Assembly (NCBI GenBank): GCA_041671485.1
Contig: JBAZBL010000006.1
Location: forward strand, 6,539-70,538
Source: Minisyncoccota bacterium
GTDB lineage: Bacteria; Patescibacteriota; Minisyncoccia; Phycocordibacterales; PALSA-1337
Reading direction: 5' to 3'
DNA length: 64,000 nt
Positions 49,171-58,309 of the stretch are shown here, one piece after another (position 1 is the stretch's first letter; each line of letters opens with the position of its first letter). A program made the position numbers and the translations under genes. Under the pieces are notes generated by a model. That model was not told the DNA's origin, did not search any database, and worked only from the letters and a program-made list of their open reading frames with translations.

Positions 49171-50613
49171 ATGAAAATAGATTTAAAAGATCTGACAATA
49201 GAAAAGACTCACGAACATTTCAAAAATGGTGATTTTACTTCTGTAGAGTTGACTGAAAACTATTTGGATGAAATAGCAAAGAAAAACAAAGATATAAATG
49301 CGTATCTGGAAGTATTCGATGATGCTATAAATGCAGCAAAACAAGCTGATCTAATGTTGAATAGTGATAAGAGTAATGTTTTGACAGGCATTCCTTGCGC
49401 AATAAAAGATAATATTTTGATAAAAGGCAAAATTGCAAGTGCCTCTTCCAAAATTCTCGAAAAATATAAAGCTACATACAATGCAACTGTGATATCGAAA
49501 CTGGGCAGAGAAAATGTTGTTTTCTTGGGCCGAACCAATATGGATGAATTTGCTATGGGTGGTTCTACAGAAAATTCTGCATATGGCGTGACTAAGAATC
49601 CATACGATACAGAAAGAGTGGCTGGTGGTTCATCGGGCGGGTCTGCGGCGGCGGTAGCCATGGACGGAGCATTATTTGCCCTAGGATCGGATATGGGTGG
49701 ATCTGTACGTCAACCGTCAAGCTTTTGTGGCGTTATTGGGCTAAAACCGACCTATGGTGCTATTTCTAGATATGGTTTGATGTCTGTGGGTTCTTCTCTC
49801 GATCAGATAGGACCAGTAACAAAAACAGTTGCTGACTGTGAAATAGTTTTCAATGCAATAAAAGGAATTGATGAGAAAGATGGAACTACTTTAATACCAA
49901 ATAACAAGCACCAATTTCCAAATAAATCACAAAATACAAATTACAAATCTATAATCGGTGTGCCGTATCATTTCTTGGAGGGGGATGGAATAGATAAAGA
50001 AGTTATATCTTTATTTAATAAAGCTATTGATACATTCAAAGCAAAAGGATATGAAGTAAAAGAAATAAAGTTACCAAATATAGCATATTCTCTGATGGCT
50101 TATTATATTATCATGCCAGCAGAAGTTTCTTCGAATATGGCACGTTTTGATGGAGTAAAATATGGACTACATATAGATGGCAAAGATATAATAGATGACT
50201 ATCTAGAAACTCGTCATTCTGGCTTTGGGAAAGAAGTGATAAGAAGAATACTTCTAGGCACATATGTACTTTCTTCTGGTTACTATGATGCATATTACAA
50301 TAGGGCAAATGCAGTGAGACGCATGATAACAGATGATTTCAAAAAAGCTTTTGAATCTGTAGATATTATAGCTACACCGACTACACCAGGTCCTGCATTC
50401 AAGATAGGCGAAAAGACAGATGATCCAATGAAGATGTATCTAGAAGATATATTCACTGTTACAGCCAATCTGACTGGACTACCAGCTATATCTATACCAT
50501 GTGGCTTTATGAAAGAAGGTGGTAATGATCTGCCAGTCGGTTTACAACTAATGACTAGACATTGCGAAGAAGATACTCTATTTGAAGCTGGAAAAGATTA
50601 TTCTTCGAAATAA
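49171..50613 (+). CDS. gatA: Asp/Glu-tRNA amidotransferase subunit A
   Basis: AIKDN, TNMDEFAMG, GGSSGGSAAAV, GLKPTYG, RRILLGTYVLSSGYYDAYY. Confidence 0.97.
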   Translation: MKIDLKDLTIEKTHEHFKNGDFTSVELTENYLDEIAKKNKDINAYLEVFDDAINAAKQADLMLNSDKSNVLTGIPCAIKDNILIKGKIASASSKILEKYKATYNATVISKLGRENVVFLGRTNMDEFAMGGSTENSAYGVTKNPYDTERVAGGSSGGSAAAVAMDGALFALGSDMGGSVRQPSSFCGVIGLKPTYGAISRYGLMSVGSSLDQIGPVTKTVADCEIVFNAIKGIDEKDGTTLIPNNKHQFPNKSQNTNYKSIIGVPYHFLEGDGIDKEVISLFNKAIDTFKAKGYEVKEIKLPNIAYSLMAYYIIMPAEVSSNMARFDGVKYGLHIDGKDIIDDYLETRHSGFGKEVIRRILLGTYVLSSGYYDAYYNRANAVRRMITDDFKKAFESVDIIATPTTPGPAFKIGEKTDDPMKMYLEDIFTVTANLTGLPAISIPCGFMKEGGNDLPVGLQLMTRHCEEDTLFEAGKDYSSK

Positions 50614-50630
50614 ATTGGTATAATATAACC

Positions 50631-51218
50631 ATGGAATCAGAACTAAAATTACCTGCAATAGACTATGCACCATTCATCCAATCTACTAGTAAAACCATAG
50701 TCAATAGTTATCCATCTGCTGTCGAGACAGCAAAAGATATTGGAGGTATATTGATAGGAATATGTATACCATTATCAGTTTTTTTTCTTATAGTTATAGT
50801 CTATTGTGTCGAACAATTGAAAAGGATTAGGAATAAAGAAGCAGAAATGTTCGATCTCAAAGTTGTGCCGATATACGAAAAGAATACAGGGTCAAATCCT
50901 GGCATGGTAAAGCGTTGGGAAAGTGCAAAGATCCATATTGCTTCAAATAATCCAAATGATTGGCGTCAAGCAATAATTGATGCAGATATTATCTTGGATG
51001 AAATCTTGACTCAAATGGGCTATCAGGGCCAAACAGTCGGAGACAAGTTGAAGAGGGTTGCAAAAGGAGATTTCAATACTCTAAATGATGCTTGGGAAGC
51101 ACATAAAGTGAGAAATATGATTGCCCATGAAGGATCTAGTTTTTCCTTGAATGAAAACGATGCAAAAAGCGCTTTCAGTGCCTATAAAAGGGTATTTGAA
51201 GAGTTTTATTATGTGTAG
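50631..51218 (+). CDS. Hypothetical membrane protein with a helical C-domain
   Basis: One TM helix; W.QAIIDAD.ILD, AWEAHKVRN.IAHE. Confidence 0.75.
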   Translation: MESELKLPAIDYAPFIQSTSKTIVNSYPSAVETAKDIGGILIGICIPLSVFFLIVIVYCVEQLKRIRNKEAEMFDLKVVPIYEKNTGSNPGMVKRWESAKIHIASNNPNDWRQAIIDADIILDEILTQMGYQGQTVGDKLKRVAKGDFNTLNDAWEAHKVRNMIAHEGSSFSLNENDAKSAFSAYKRVFEEFYYV

Positions 51219-51268
51219 TTAGTAAAAATATCCTTGAAATTCTGATGGATTTATGATAATTTTTTTCA

Positions 51269-51625
51269 ATGGAACCGAAATTAGATCCAGTAGAGTATTG
51301 TAAATTATTAAGTTCAACTATTCGAACCGCTTATAATGCTATAGGTCGGGTATCCTGCCAGATTTTGCAGAAGAATGTGGTTTTTAACGCAAAGGGATTT
51401 CACCTTCCCCTAGCTGTTGCAGTTGTGAGAAATGCAACAGCGATTGATGAAGAACGAGAGGTGATAATTTCTAAAAAAAGAAAAAAAGGCGCAAAGAGAG
51501 TTAAGGCGAAACAGTATGCATTGGTTGCCACGGTTGGTAGAAATAATCCTGTTAGGGTGAGAGTAATTGTTATGGAAGTAGAAAATAGTCAAAATCCTAT
51601 CTTTTGGAGCATAATGAGGGACTAA
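51269..51625 (+). CDS. Second BECR-like protein, paralog of 28673, with an apparent internal deletion
   Basis: Y..IG.V.C...V.FN.KGFH and VRVIV...IFWSIM align by eye with 28673; about 20 aa after GFH are missing. Confidence 0.55.
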   Translation: MEPKLDPVEYCKLLSSTIRTAYNAIGRVSCQILQKNVVFNAKGFHLPLAVAVVRNATAIDEEREVIISKKRKKGAKRVKAKQYALVATVGRNNPVRVRVIVMEVENSQNPIFWSIMRD

Positions 51626-51656
51626 AAAAACCACGATCATTTGTGGTTTTTTTAGT
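51621..51656. terminator. Bidirectional terminator
   Basis: actaaaaaaaccac...gtggtttttttagt. Confidence 0.75.
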
Positions 51657-51720
51657 TGTGCCCGCTTTTCGACTTAAGATATATCTTTTGCCGAACAAGG
51701 CTTACGCCCACGGACACACT
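51657..51720 (-). ncRNA. Candidate ~62-nt three-way-junction sRNA convergent on the 51269 gene
   Basis: TTGACA (51752-51747)-17 bp-TAATCT; P1 UGUGUCCG/CGGGCACA, GGGC-GUAA-GCCU, UUCGGC..GUCGAA. Confidence 0.55.
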
Positions 51721-51895
51721 CATAGATTACACTATCACACGACATTTGTCAATACCGAAGTGAAAACTACAAGTGTACCCACAAGCTACATAAAGTATAC
51801 CTTAATAGTGAAGAAAAATTAAGGAAATTATTACTGTCAACTGTGGATAGTGATGATATACTGCGTACACGAAAATGTAAAGGGTTTAATATTTT

Positions 51896-51979
51896 GTTGC
51901 ACAGGTGAGACAGGATTGGAACCAGATTATGGAAAGCATTAGGGGATTGCATGAACTTTCCATTGAATCTCATGTGTAG
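51896..51979 (+). other. Putative displaced 3' fragment of the integrase (attL side)
   Basis: Joined at TTGTTGC it continues the integrase frame: VA-QVRQDWNQIMESIRGLHELSIESHV*. Confidence 0.6.
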
Positions 51980-52095
51980 TTTTTGAATTGTAATCAAATA
52001 GCGTAATGGTGCTTGATTTATAATGTCATATATGTTTGAATGGTTATCCACCCTACGGACTATGTCTATATGTCAGGGAGTGGTAAACTCATCAT

Positions 52096-52440
52096 ATGAA
52101 TATTCAAAGGCCTAAAAATACTAAAGAGCGTGGTACCATCGAATGTCTCGTATACAAAGATGGTGCTACTTATATTGGTGTCTGTCTAACTTTTGATATT
52201 GTAGAGGAAGGTAGTAACCCAACTGAACTGATGAAAAGTATTAAGGAAGCTGCCGAACTGCATCTTGAAACGGTAATACGGGAAAATCTATCTGATGACC
52301 TTTTGAATCGGTATGCTCCTGAAGACTACTGGAAAAAGTATTTTGCAGTTGCAAGAGAAATTGAGAAACCTTCAATAACAAGCACAAACAATCTAACTGT
52401 ATCCCCTTACTATCGTTCTCTAACGGCTCAGATGGCATAA
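52096..52440 (+). CDS. HicB-like antitoxin
   Basis: YIGVCLTFDIVEEG.....M.SIKEA.EL RNase H-like pattern; adjacent to a hicA-like gene. Confidence 0.7.
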   Translation: MNIQRPKNTKERGTIECLVYKDGATYIGVCLTFDIVEEGSNPTELMKSIKEAAELHLETVIRENLSDDLLNRYAPEDYWKKYFAVAREIEKPSITSTNNLTVSPYYRSLTAQMA

Positions 52441-52441
52441 A

Positions 52442-52681
52442 ATGGCAAAAGGTCTGAATAACTGGTGTTATAAAGACATCTGTGATTTTTTGAAAGAACA
52501 TGGGTTTGAGTTTCTTGAATATCGTAAGGGGTCTCATGAGGCTTGGATTAATCGTACTACCAATGCAGTCGTGGAAATAAACGTCCATGGCTCGAAGAGT
52601 TTTGCTATCCGAACCCTTGAGACAATGATTCGTCAATCTAAAATTGATAAAAAAGAGTGGCGCGACTGGACTACATATTAG
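52442..52681 (+). CDS. HicA family mRNA interferase toxin
   Basis: FLKEHGF....KGSHE...V.H......TL..MIRQS. Confidence 0.85.
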   Translation: MAKGLNNWCYKDICDFLKEHGFEFLEYRKGSHEAWINRTTNAVVEINVHGSKSFAIRTLETMIRQSKIDKKEWRDWTTY

Positions 52682-52766
52682 GAGTTATCTTATGTTGATT
52701 TTGGTATCCTACCTTTACGCTATATGCACTATTACTCAAAATATATGGTAAAATATAGCTATCTAT

Positions 52767-53168
52767 ATGGCTATGACACTAGAAAAAGCAATAACTTTGG
52801 TAGGAAATTATAGGAAAGCGGGTTTTAAGGCTGGCCAAGCTCTTCTAGATACGGGCTATAGTGAAAGCATGGCTCTGAAGAAGTCTGGGGTCACTCTAGA
52901 TCGTGCATATAAGGCTATTGCCAAACATGACCTAGAAACGGCTCTTGAGAGTCCAAATCCGGCACAAGAGTTGTTCCGATTCATTAAGATGAGTGAGTAT
53001 GACATTGTTAGGGAGTACAGAGAGATCATTATGCAGAATGATAACTTTGCCGTAAAACTAAAAGCCTTGACACCTCTGTTGTCGGAGATGGGTATACAGT
53101 GGAATAACGATGCGGGTAAAACCTCAGCTGTTCCGACACTTAATCTTACTGTTTGCAAATTATTATAA
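52767..53168 (+). CDS. Hypothetical protein, terminase small subunit-like N-terminus
   Basis: AGQALLDTGYSESMA resembles the TerS HTH (A...AGYS...A). Confidence 0.45.
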   Translation: MAMTLEKAITLVGNYRKAGFKAGQALLDTGYSESMALKKSGVTLDRAYKAIAKHDLETALESPNPAQELFRFIKMSEYDIVREYREIIMQNDNFAVKLKALTPLLSEMGIQWNNDAGKTSAVPTLNLTVCKLL

Positions 53169-53278
53169 CTCCAAATAAGAGGGGTGGGGGTAGTCGGTTT
53201 TGATATTTGATATGTGAACGCAAGAAGGGGGTCAGGCGCAAAATCTTCAAAAATAATCAGTTTCCAAGATCACGTCAA

Positions 53279-54073
53279 TCAAATTGAAAACTTTGGGTTA
53301 ATGAGGTACTTCTTGAACGAATTATACAGCCTTAGAACCTCATCCTTTGGTACGCCAGCATCCTCGATAGTCTTTAGTTGAAAGTTACCTTCATCATCGG
53401 CATCGCTAACCCATGCCCGTAATATTCGATCTGGTTTATCTGCAAATAACAGGAAAATATCATAACCCTGACCGATATGTTTGAAGATGGCAAAAGGAGT
53501 AAATCGACTTCTATAGTATGCCTCATCAAAACCATCTAGTCCAAATGTAGTGTCAGAAACAATATGGCATTGTCTCGTCATGTTTTCTGAAAAAATAGAA
53601 ATTTCCTTTCCACTAATATAATCATCAAAGGTTTTTCGTAAAAAAATTACCGGTGGTCTTTTGATTGACTCTTCTTCAAAACCATCTAGATCATCGGCAG
53701 ACAGCTCCACGGCATGATCCGGTATAACAGCTTCTCCGTTAGTTAACTCTTGCAATTTTGTTGGGAAGGATCGAGTGGCTAGGGTTGATGGTGCATCGAA
53801 TTCAAGATTAGGATCAACAGAACTCCCAAACTTACTGATTATTTCCCTCTGCCTATTTTGGAAAGCCAAATAGACGGTAAATTTACATGCTTCATTATTT
53901 AGGCACTCTTCATGTGATAATTTAGAGTAGTCCCTGTCTAGATTAACCTCTTCGCAGGCGGCTTCAGGAATTGATGTTTGATTAGTTATATCTCTTGTGC
54001 CTAAAACAAAATAAGCTCCCACTGCAAAAACAACTATAACAATGGTTATCAAAATACATGGTTTGTTTATCAT
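53279..54073 (-). CDS. Hypothetical membrane-anchored protein (cargo)
   Basis: 264-aa ORF with N-terminal TM helix. Confidence 0.7.
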   Translation of the reverse strand: MINKPCILITIVIVVFAVGAYFVLGTRDITNQTSIPEAACEEVNLDRDYSKLSHEECLNNEACKFTVYLAFQNRQREIISKFGSSVDPNLEFDAPSTLATRSFPTKLQELTNGEAVIPDHAVELSADDLDGFEEESIKRPPVIFLRKTFDDYISGKEISIFSENMTRQCHIVSDTTFGLDGFDEAYYRSRFTPFAIFKHIGQGYDIFLLFADKPDRILRAWVSDADDEGNFQLKTIEDAGVPKDEVLRLYNSFKKYLINPKFSI

Positions 54074-54103
54074 AATGATACTGTTTTACTAATCTTCATA
54101 AGA

Positions 54104-54523
54104 TTATTTCATTACCTTCGGTTTCCAGTCAATAATTGGTTTTTCAGTATTCCATCTATCTAGTCCCTCAAGCTCAGGCATATAGTTTATATCGGTAATC
54201 ATTTTGTATGCTCCTTTTTTACAAATCATTACCCATAATCTTGGCATGAAGATGGAAAAAACCTTTGCATAACTTTTCAATTGTTTTTTACTCCAGAGAA
54301 TCAATATTTCTTGATCGGCAACCCTTTTTCTGAAAGCTTCCGAAAGATTGTGGAAGTCTACTTTATGGGTGATGAATCCAGTTATTTCCATCGGTAATTT
54401 ATTGCATTCTAAAACAACCGACGCGTAGGGGAGAAGATTATTTCCACTTGAAGATAATGGAGTAAAACTAATTACTCTACAAATTTCACCATCAATTTTT
54501 TTCCAATCTTTATTTTTTAACAT
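54104..54523 (-). CDS. Hypothetical protein (cargo)
   Basis: 139-aa ORF in a co-oriented run. Confidence 0.65.
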   Translation of the reverse strand: MLKNKDWKKIDGEICRVISFTPLSSSGNNLLPYASVVLECNKLPMEITGFITHKVDFHNLSEAFRKRVADQEILILWSKKQLKSYAKVFSIFMPRLWVMICKKGAYKMITDINYMPELEGLDRWNTEKPIIDWKPKVMK

Positions 54524-54545
54524 GTTATTATAGTAGATTTCAATT

Positions 54546-54737
54546 CTAGGAATTTTTCATTGATGAAGATAAGGAGACTACAATAAACTCCGATATTCCT
54601 CCATAAACAAACAGTTTTAACCCAAATTCACGTAGAAAGTCTGAAGACCATATTGGTGCGGAGGTTTCTGCAAAGGCAATACCAGCAACGATGACAATCA
54701 CTAGAATAAAGACTTGCTTTGAAGTAAATGTTTTCAT
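54546..54737 (-). CDS. Small membrane protein (cargo)
   Basis: Two hydrophobic segments, co-oriented run. Confidence 0.5.
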   Translation of the reverse strand: MKTFTSKQVFILVIVIVAGIAFAETSAPIWSSDFLREFGLKLFVYGGISEFIVVSLSSSMKNS

Positions 54738-54806
54738 GTTATATTGGCTATAGTTATCGAGGGTATAGCGAGTATCAATATAACTCCAGACAGGAATGAC
54801 AGTATT

Positions 54807-55127
54807 TTACTTGTTTTCATGTTTCACATTAATTAAAAAATTAATCAGCTCATCTTTTGTCTTAAATCTTTTTATGATATCTACTGCAATTTGCTCTATC
54901 GGGCTACCAATAAAGTTTGTTCTTAATACAGGAAAACTTTTTTCAATAAAAGAAGCATTATCACATCTCCAAATAAGTCGCGGAAATATTATTAGGAAGT
55001 GGTCGTATATCTTTATTCCGTTAGATGAATTGCCAATGGTCACTTTCTCTCTACTGTCTAAAAGTACTTCAAATCCACTCGGGTATGTTGATGTACTGTC
55101 TTGAAATTTATGAATTATTCTACCCAT
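54807..55127 (-). CDS. Hypothetical protein (cargo)
   Basis: 106-aa ORF immediately after the structured leader. Confidence 0.6.
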   Translation of the reverse strand: MGRIIHKFQDSTSTYPSGFEVLLDSREKVTIGNSSNGIKIYDHFLIIFPRLIWRCDNASFIEKSFPVLRTNFIGSPIEQIAVDIIKRFKTKDELINFLINVKHENK

Positions 55128-55141
55128 TTTAATATTTAAGC

Positions 55142-55295
55142 AAAAAGCCCATCACGGGTAGAGTCCGAAGACTCTCATACAAGTTTCCCTGTATGGCGGA
55201 TTACGCGACCCCATGATGGGTTCTTTATGCGTAATCCGACTTCCTTTCGCCATGCCCCAAAAAGAGGTTTAGGCTATTTCTAAATATTCAGTTGT
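55142..55295 (-). ncRNA. c4/CI-like structured leader or antisense RNA
   Basis: Multi-stem fold cccatca/tgatggg, agagtc-ttcg-gactct, catacag/cttgtatg; 10-nt complement pair 55197-55206 / 55229-55238; promoter TCGACA-17-TATGCT. Confidence 0.5.
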
Positions 55296-55376
55296 AAGTT
55301 AAGCATACAACTCCGTTTAGATATTGTCGAGGTTAATCTAGTGTGTAAAATCTTTGAAAGGTGCTAGCTTATAAGT

Positions 55377-56027
55377 ATGAGAACTGCTGCTTCTGTTTCA
55401 GGTCGTGTCAAGACTCGATCTCGCAAGATAGCTCAAAAATTGATTCTTGATCATCTTATTATTTTGAATAGTAATAGACTTTGGAAATCTTGTTTCTATC
55501 GTAATAGGATAGGTGTGAAAGGTTGGCGAGCTAGAAGAATTGTAAGAATACCGTCACCAAAATCATATAATTGGTTGAAGACCTATTTGGAAAATACTAA
55601 AGGAGAAATAATAACATTATCTGAAGGTGGATATTCTTTTGTACCTATTCCAGAGGGATATCTCATAATTAATGATAGAGGTGAAAACTTTAATATAAAA
55701 AGATTCAAGGCAAGAAAAAATTTCAGTTTGTTTTTATACAGACTTTTTGCTCTTTCTGTTCTTCGGCCAGCTTATGAAGAGTATGAAAAAAAGGAAGCAA
55801 GAAAGAATAGCTACGAAAGGATAGTTGCAAAATCAAAAGAATGCTCGGCTAAGGAGACTCTATCATTTGGAAATACAAGAATTACTGTAGTGCACACAAA
55901 CAAAATGAAAAGAGTTGAGCCTAAAATCATAGGTATCGAAAGTCAATTTGTTAAAAAATTTTGGGATGGAAGCTATGAAGATTATAAAAAATTTAGACTG
56001 AAAGTGAGGAAAGAAGGTCTGATTTGA
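55377..56027 (+). CDS. Hypothetical basic protein
   Basis: 216-aa K/R-rich ORF. Confidence 0.6.
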   Translation: MRTAASVSGRVKTRSRKIAQKLILDHLIILNSNRLWKSCFYRNRIGVKGWRARRIVRIPSPKSYNWLKTYLENTKGEIITLSEGGYSFVPIPEGYLIINDRGENFNIKRFKARKNFSLFLYRLFALSVLRPAYEEYEKKEARKNSYERIVAKSKECSAKETLSFGNTRITVVHTNKMKRVEPKIIGIESQFVKKFWDGSYEDYKKFRLKVRKEGLI

Positions 56028-56183
56028 GAGTGTCCAAATGTTTCCCTGTTGCTGATATTATCACGCGTAAAATTATTATAGCGTGTTTTTTTGTTTAGGA
56101 AAAATTGCTGCAAAAGTCCATTGTGCGCTGGGCTGGTGTAGAAGCAGCAATCTCTACCAGTCAAGCGCAGAGTGGATTTTTTT

Positions 56184-56324
56184 ATGCTAACCATCAATGA
56201 ATGTAAAAAATATCTCAGTTCAGAGATTATAGAGAAGACAACTGACGAAAATATTTTACAAATTCGTGATGCGTTATACAAGCTGGCCGAGCTTGCATTA
56301 GAAACATTAAATAACAAAAAATAA
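56184..56324 (+). CDS. Small hypothetical protein (46 aa, not in the ORF track)
   Basis: MLTINECKKYL...IRDALYKLAELAL; stop lies 1 bp before the primase ATG. Confidence 0.6.
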   Translation: MLTINECKKYLSSEIIEKTTDENILQIRDALYKLAELALETLNNKK

Positions 56325-56325
56325 T

Positions 56326-58158
56326 ATGCAAAAATCAGATGTCAATTTATTAGAGATAGCGTTACAGTATTTAAGTTTTGGTCTATCTATAATACCTGTA
56401 AACGGAAAACAGCCGTGCGTAAAGTGGACAGAATACCAAACAAGGAAACCGACTATAGCAGAAATAACTGAATGGTTTTCACATCCGGATGTGACTGGAA
56501 TAGGGATAATTACAGGTTTGATTTCAGGGATTGGCGTTCTGGATATTGATAATGGATCTGACACATCAAGTCTTCAGTTACCGCCTACAGTTGCCGTTAA
56601 AACTGGAGGTGATGGTCAACATCACTACTATAGGTATCCCTTCAATACGGTCATCAGAAATACAACTGGATTACTACCACATATAGATTTCAGAGGTGAC
56701 GGGGGTTATGTTGTCGCGCCACCATCGATGCACCAATCTGGAAATAAATATGAATGGTTGTTGGACTTTAAGCGCGAGGATTTGGCTGATATTCCTGATT
56801 GGCTTCTAACCCGCTTGGTTGGTGAAAAGAGTCATCCGAACATCACGGATATATTAAGTGGCGTCTCTCAAGGGACTAGAAATGAGTCGGCGACAGTGAT
56901 TGTTGGGAAACTGATTCATCATTTGCCATCCTACGAATGGGAAACTTTAGCATGGCCTTACCTTAGATGGTGGAATGATCGAAATCAACCACCACTAGGT
57001 ATGAAGGAGCTTCGTGTTACATATGAATCTATTATTGGCAGAGAAAATAAGAAAGAGCAAAAGCAAGAACAGACACTAAAGATATTACAGTGGAAAGATT
57101 TTGATCAAGTGAAATTTCCCGAAGCGAAGTGGTTAATAAAAGACCTAATACCGACAGGAACTGTCACTATTATTGCCGCCCCATCGGGGGAAAAGAAAAC
57201 ATGGGTGGGTATGGAGATGTCTCGTTGTATAGCTCTCGGTATACCCTTTATCAACCACTTCGAAACGAAAAAGGGTAATGTATTATATATAGAGCAAGAA
57301 ACATCCCAACGCCTAATTCAAGATCGAGGTAGAAAGTTAGGATTCAATCTTGTGAATGATGGTATTTTCCTTCTTAGCCAAGATTCACTTAATTTGAATG
57401 AAGATCGTTCGATACAGTTGTTACATGAGTTTATCGAGAGAAATCATATAGAGTTTGTGGTTATCGATACGCTTAGAAGTGTTGCGGGTGGGATAAAAGA
57501 AGAAAAAGCAGAGGAAATAAGGATGTTCTTTAATCGTCTAAAGCCGTGGAAGGATAAGGGTATAAGCTATTTAGTCCTTGATCACTGTAGAAAGCCTGCA
57601 AGATTTGAGAGTACACAGGTGCCTAAAAAGGAGCAACTACTTGGAAGCCAAGACAAAACAGCCTCCGTTGAGGTGCTTCACATGATAAGAAGTGAGGAAA
57701 AAAGTAATGAGATAATGTTCTACCCAAAGAAATCTAAAGTTGCAAGGGAAATATCCCCGTTCAAAATTTTGATGTTAGATGAAATCACCGAACACGGTGA
57801 GGTTGTGAGGTTGACATATGGCGGAGAGATTGAAGAAAAAAAGTTGAAAGCAGAGGAGGCGGAAGGCATGATAAAAGCATATCTACTGGAATCCAATGAG
57901 CATAGAACATCTAAAGAGATTCAGGAGGCTCTGGACGGAGAAGCTGGGAAGACTGCCATCGAAGATGCGCTTAAAAAAATGCGAGAAGACAAGGAGAATA
58001 TTGTCCATCATGAAAAAGTTGGTCAAGCGTATAAATATTGGATACCAAAAGATAAACCAGATGAGCTTGATATATTTGATGAGGTTCCTAAGTCTGATTT
58101 AGGAAGTCCGCAGACGCTGCTATTAGAAGCTTCAACTGAGCCACAAATTGCTGCCTAG
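56326..58158 (+). CDS. Bifunctional primase-polymerase (Prim-Pol + PriCT) fused to an AAA_25/RepA-like helicase
   Basis: GLSIIPV..KQP, VLDID, TGGDG.H.YY, DFRGDGGYVVAPPS.H, G.RN, APSGEKKT, VVIDTL. Confidence 0.88.
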   Translation: MQKSDVNLLEIALQYLSFGLSIIPVNGKQPCVKWTEYQTRKPTIAEITEWFSHPDVTGIGIITGLISGIGVLDIDNGSDTSSLQLPPTVAVKTGGDGQHHYYRYPFNTVIRNTTGLLPHIDFRGDGGYVVAPPSMHQSGNKYEWLLDFKREDLADIPDWLLTRLVGEKSHPNITDILSGVSQGTRNESATVIVGKLIHHLPSYEWETLAWPYLRWWNDRNQPPLGMKELRVTYESIIGRENKKEQKQEQTLKILQWKDFDQVKFPEAKWLIKDLIPTGTVTIIAAPSGEKKTWVGMEMSRCIALGIPFINHFETKKGNVLYIEQETSQRLIQDRGRKLGFNLVNDGIFLLSQDSLNLNEDRSIQLLHEFIERNHIEFVVIDTLRSVAGGIKEEKAEEIRMFFNRLKPWKDKGISYLVLDHCRKPARFESTQVPKKEQLLGSQDKTASVEVLHMIRSEEKSNEIMFYPKKSKVAREISPFKILMLDEITEHGEVVRLTYGGEIEEKKLKAEEAEGMIKAYLLESNEHRTSKEIQEALDGEAGKTAIEDALKKMREDKENIVHHEKVGQAYKYWIPKDKPDELDIFDEVPKSDLGSPQTLLLEASTEPQIAA

Positions 58159-58309
58159 TTTCCTAGTACATATATATGTTATGATTACAATGCTACACAA
58201 GGGATTAGGGACGTTATTTATTTTAATTGAGTCCAAAAGCGGGGTAACAGAACTCTCTTGTGTAGCAACTTGAGACGTCCACTGTTACCCCACTTTTGTA
58301 ATTAAAAAT

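Noticed and set aside
49684-49704. GatA motif GSDMGGS instead of GSDTGGS
   Set aside because: A single ACG>ATG change; cannot be told apart from a sequencing or strain variant, and the catalytic Ser is retained
51269-51893. Including the second BECR-like module in the integrative element
   Set aside because: It lies outside the proposed attL at 51894
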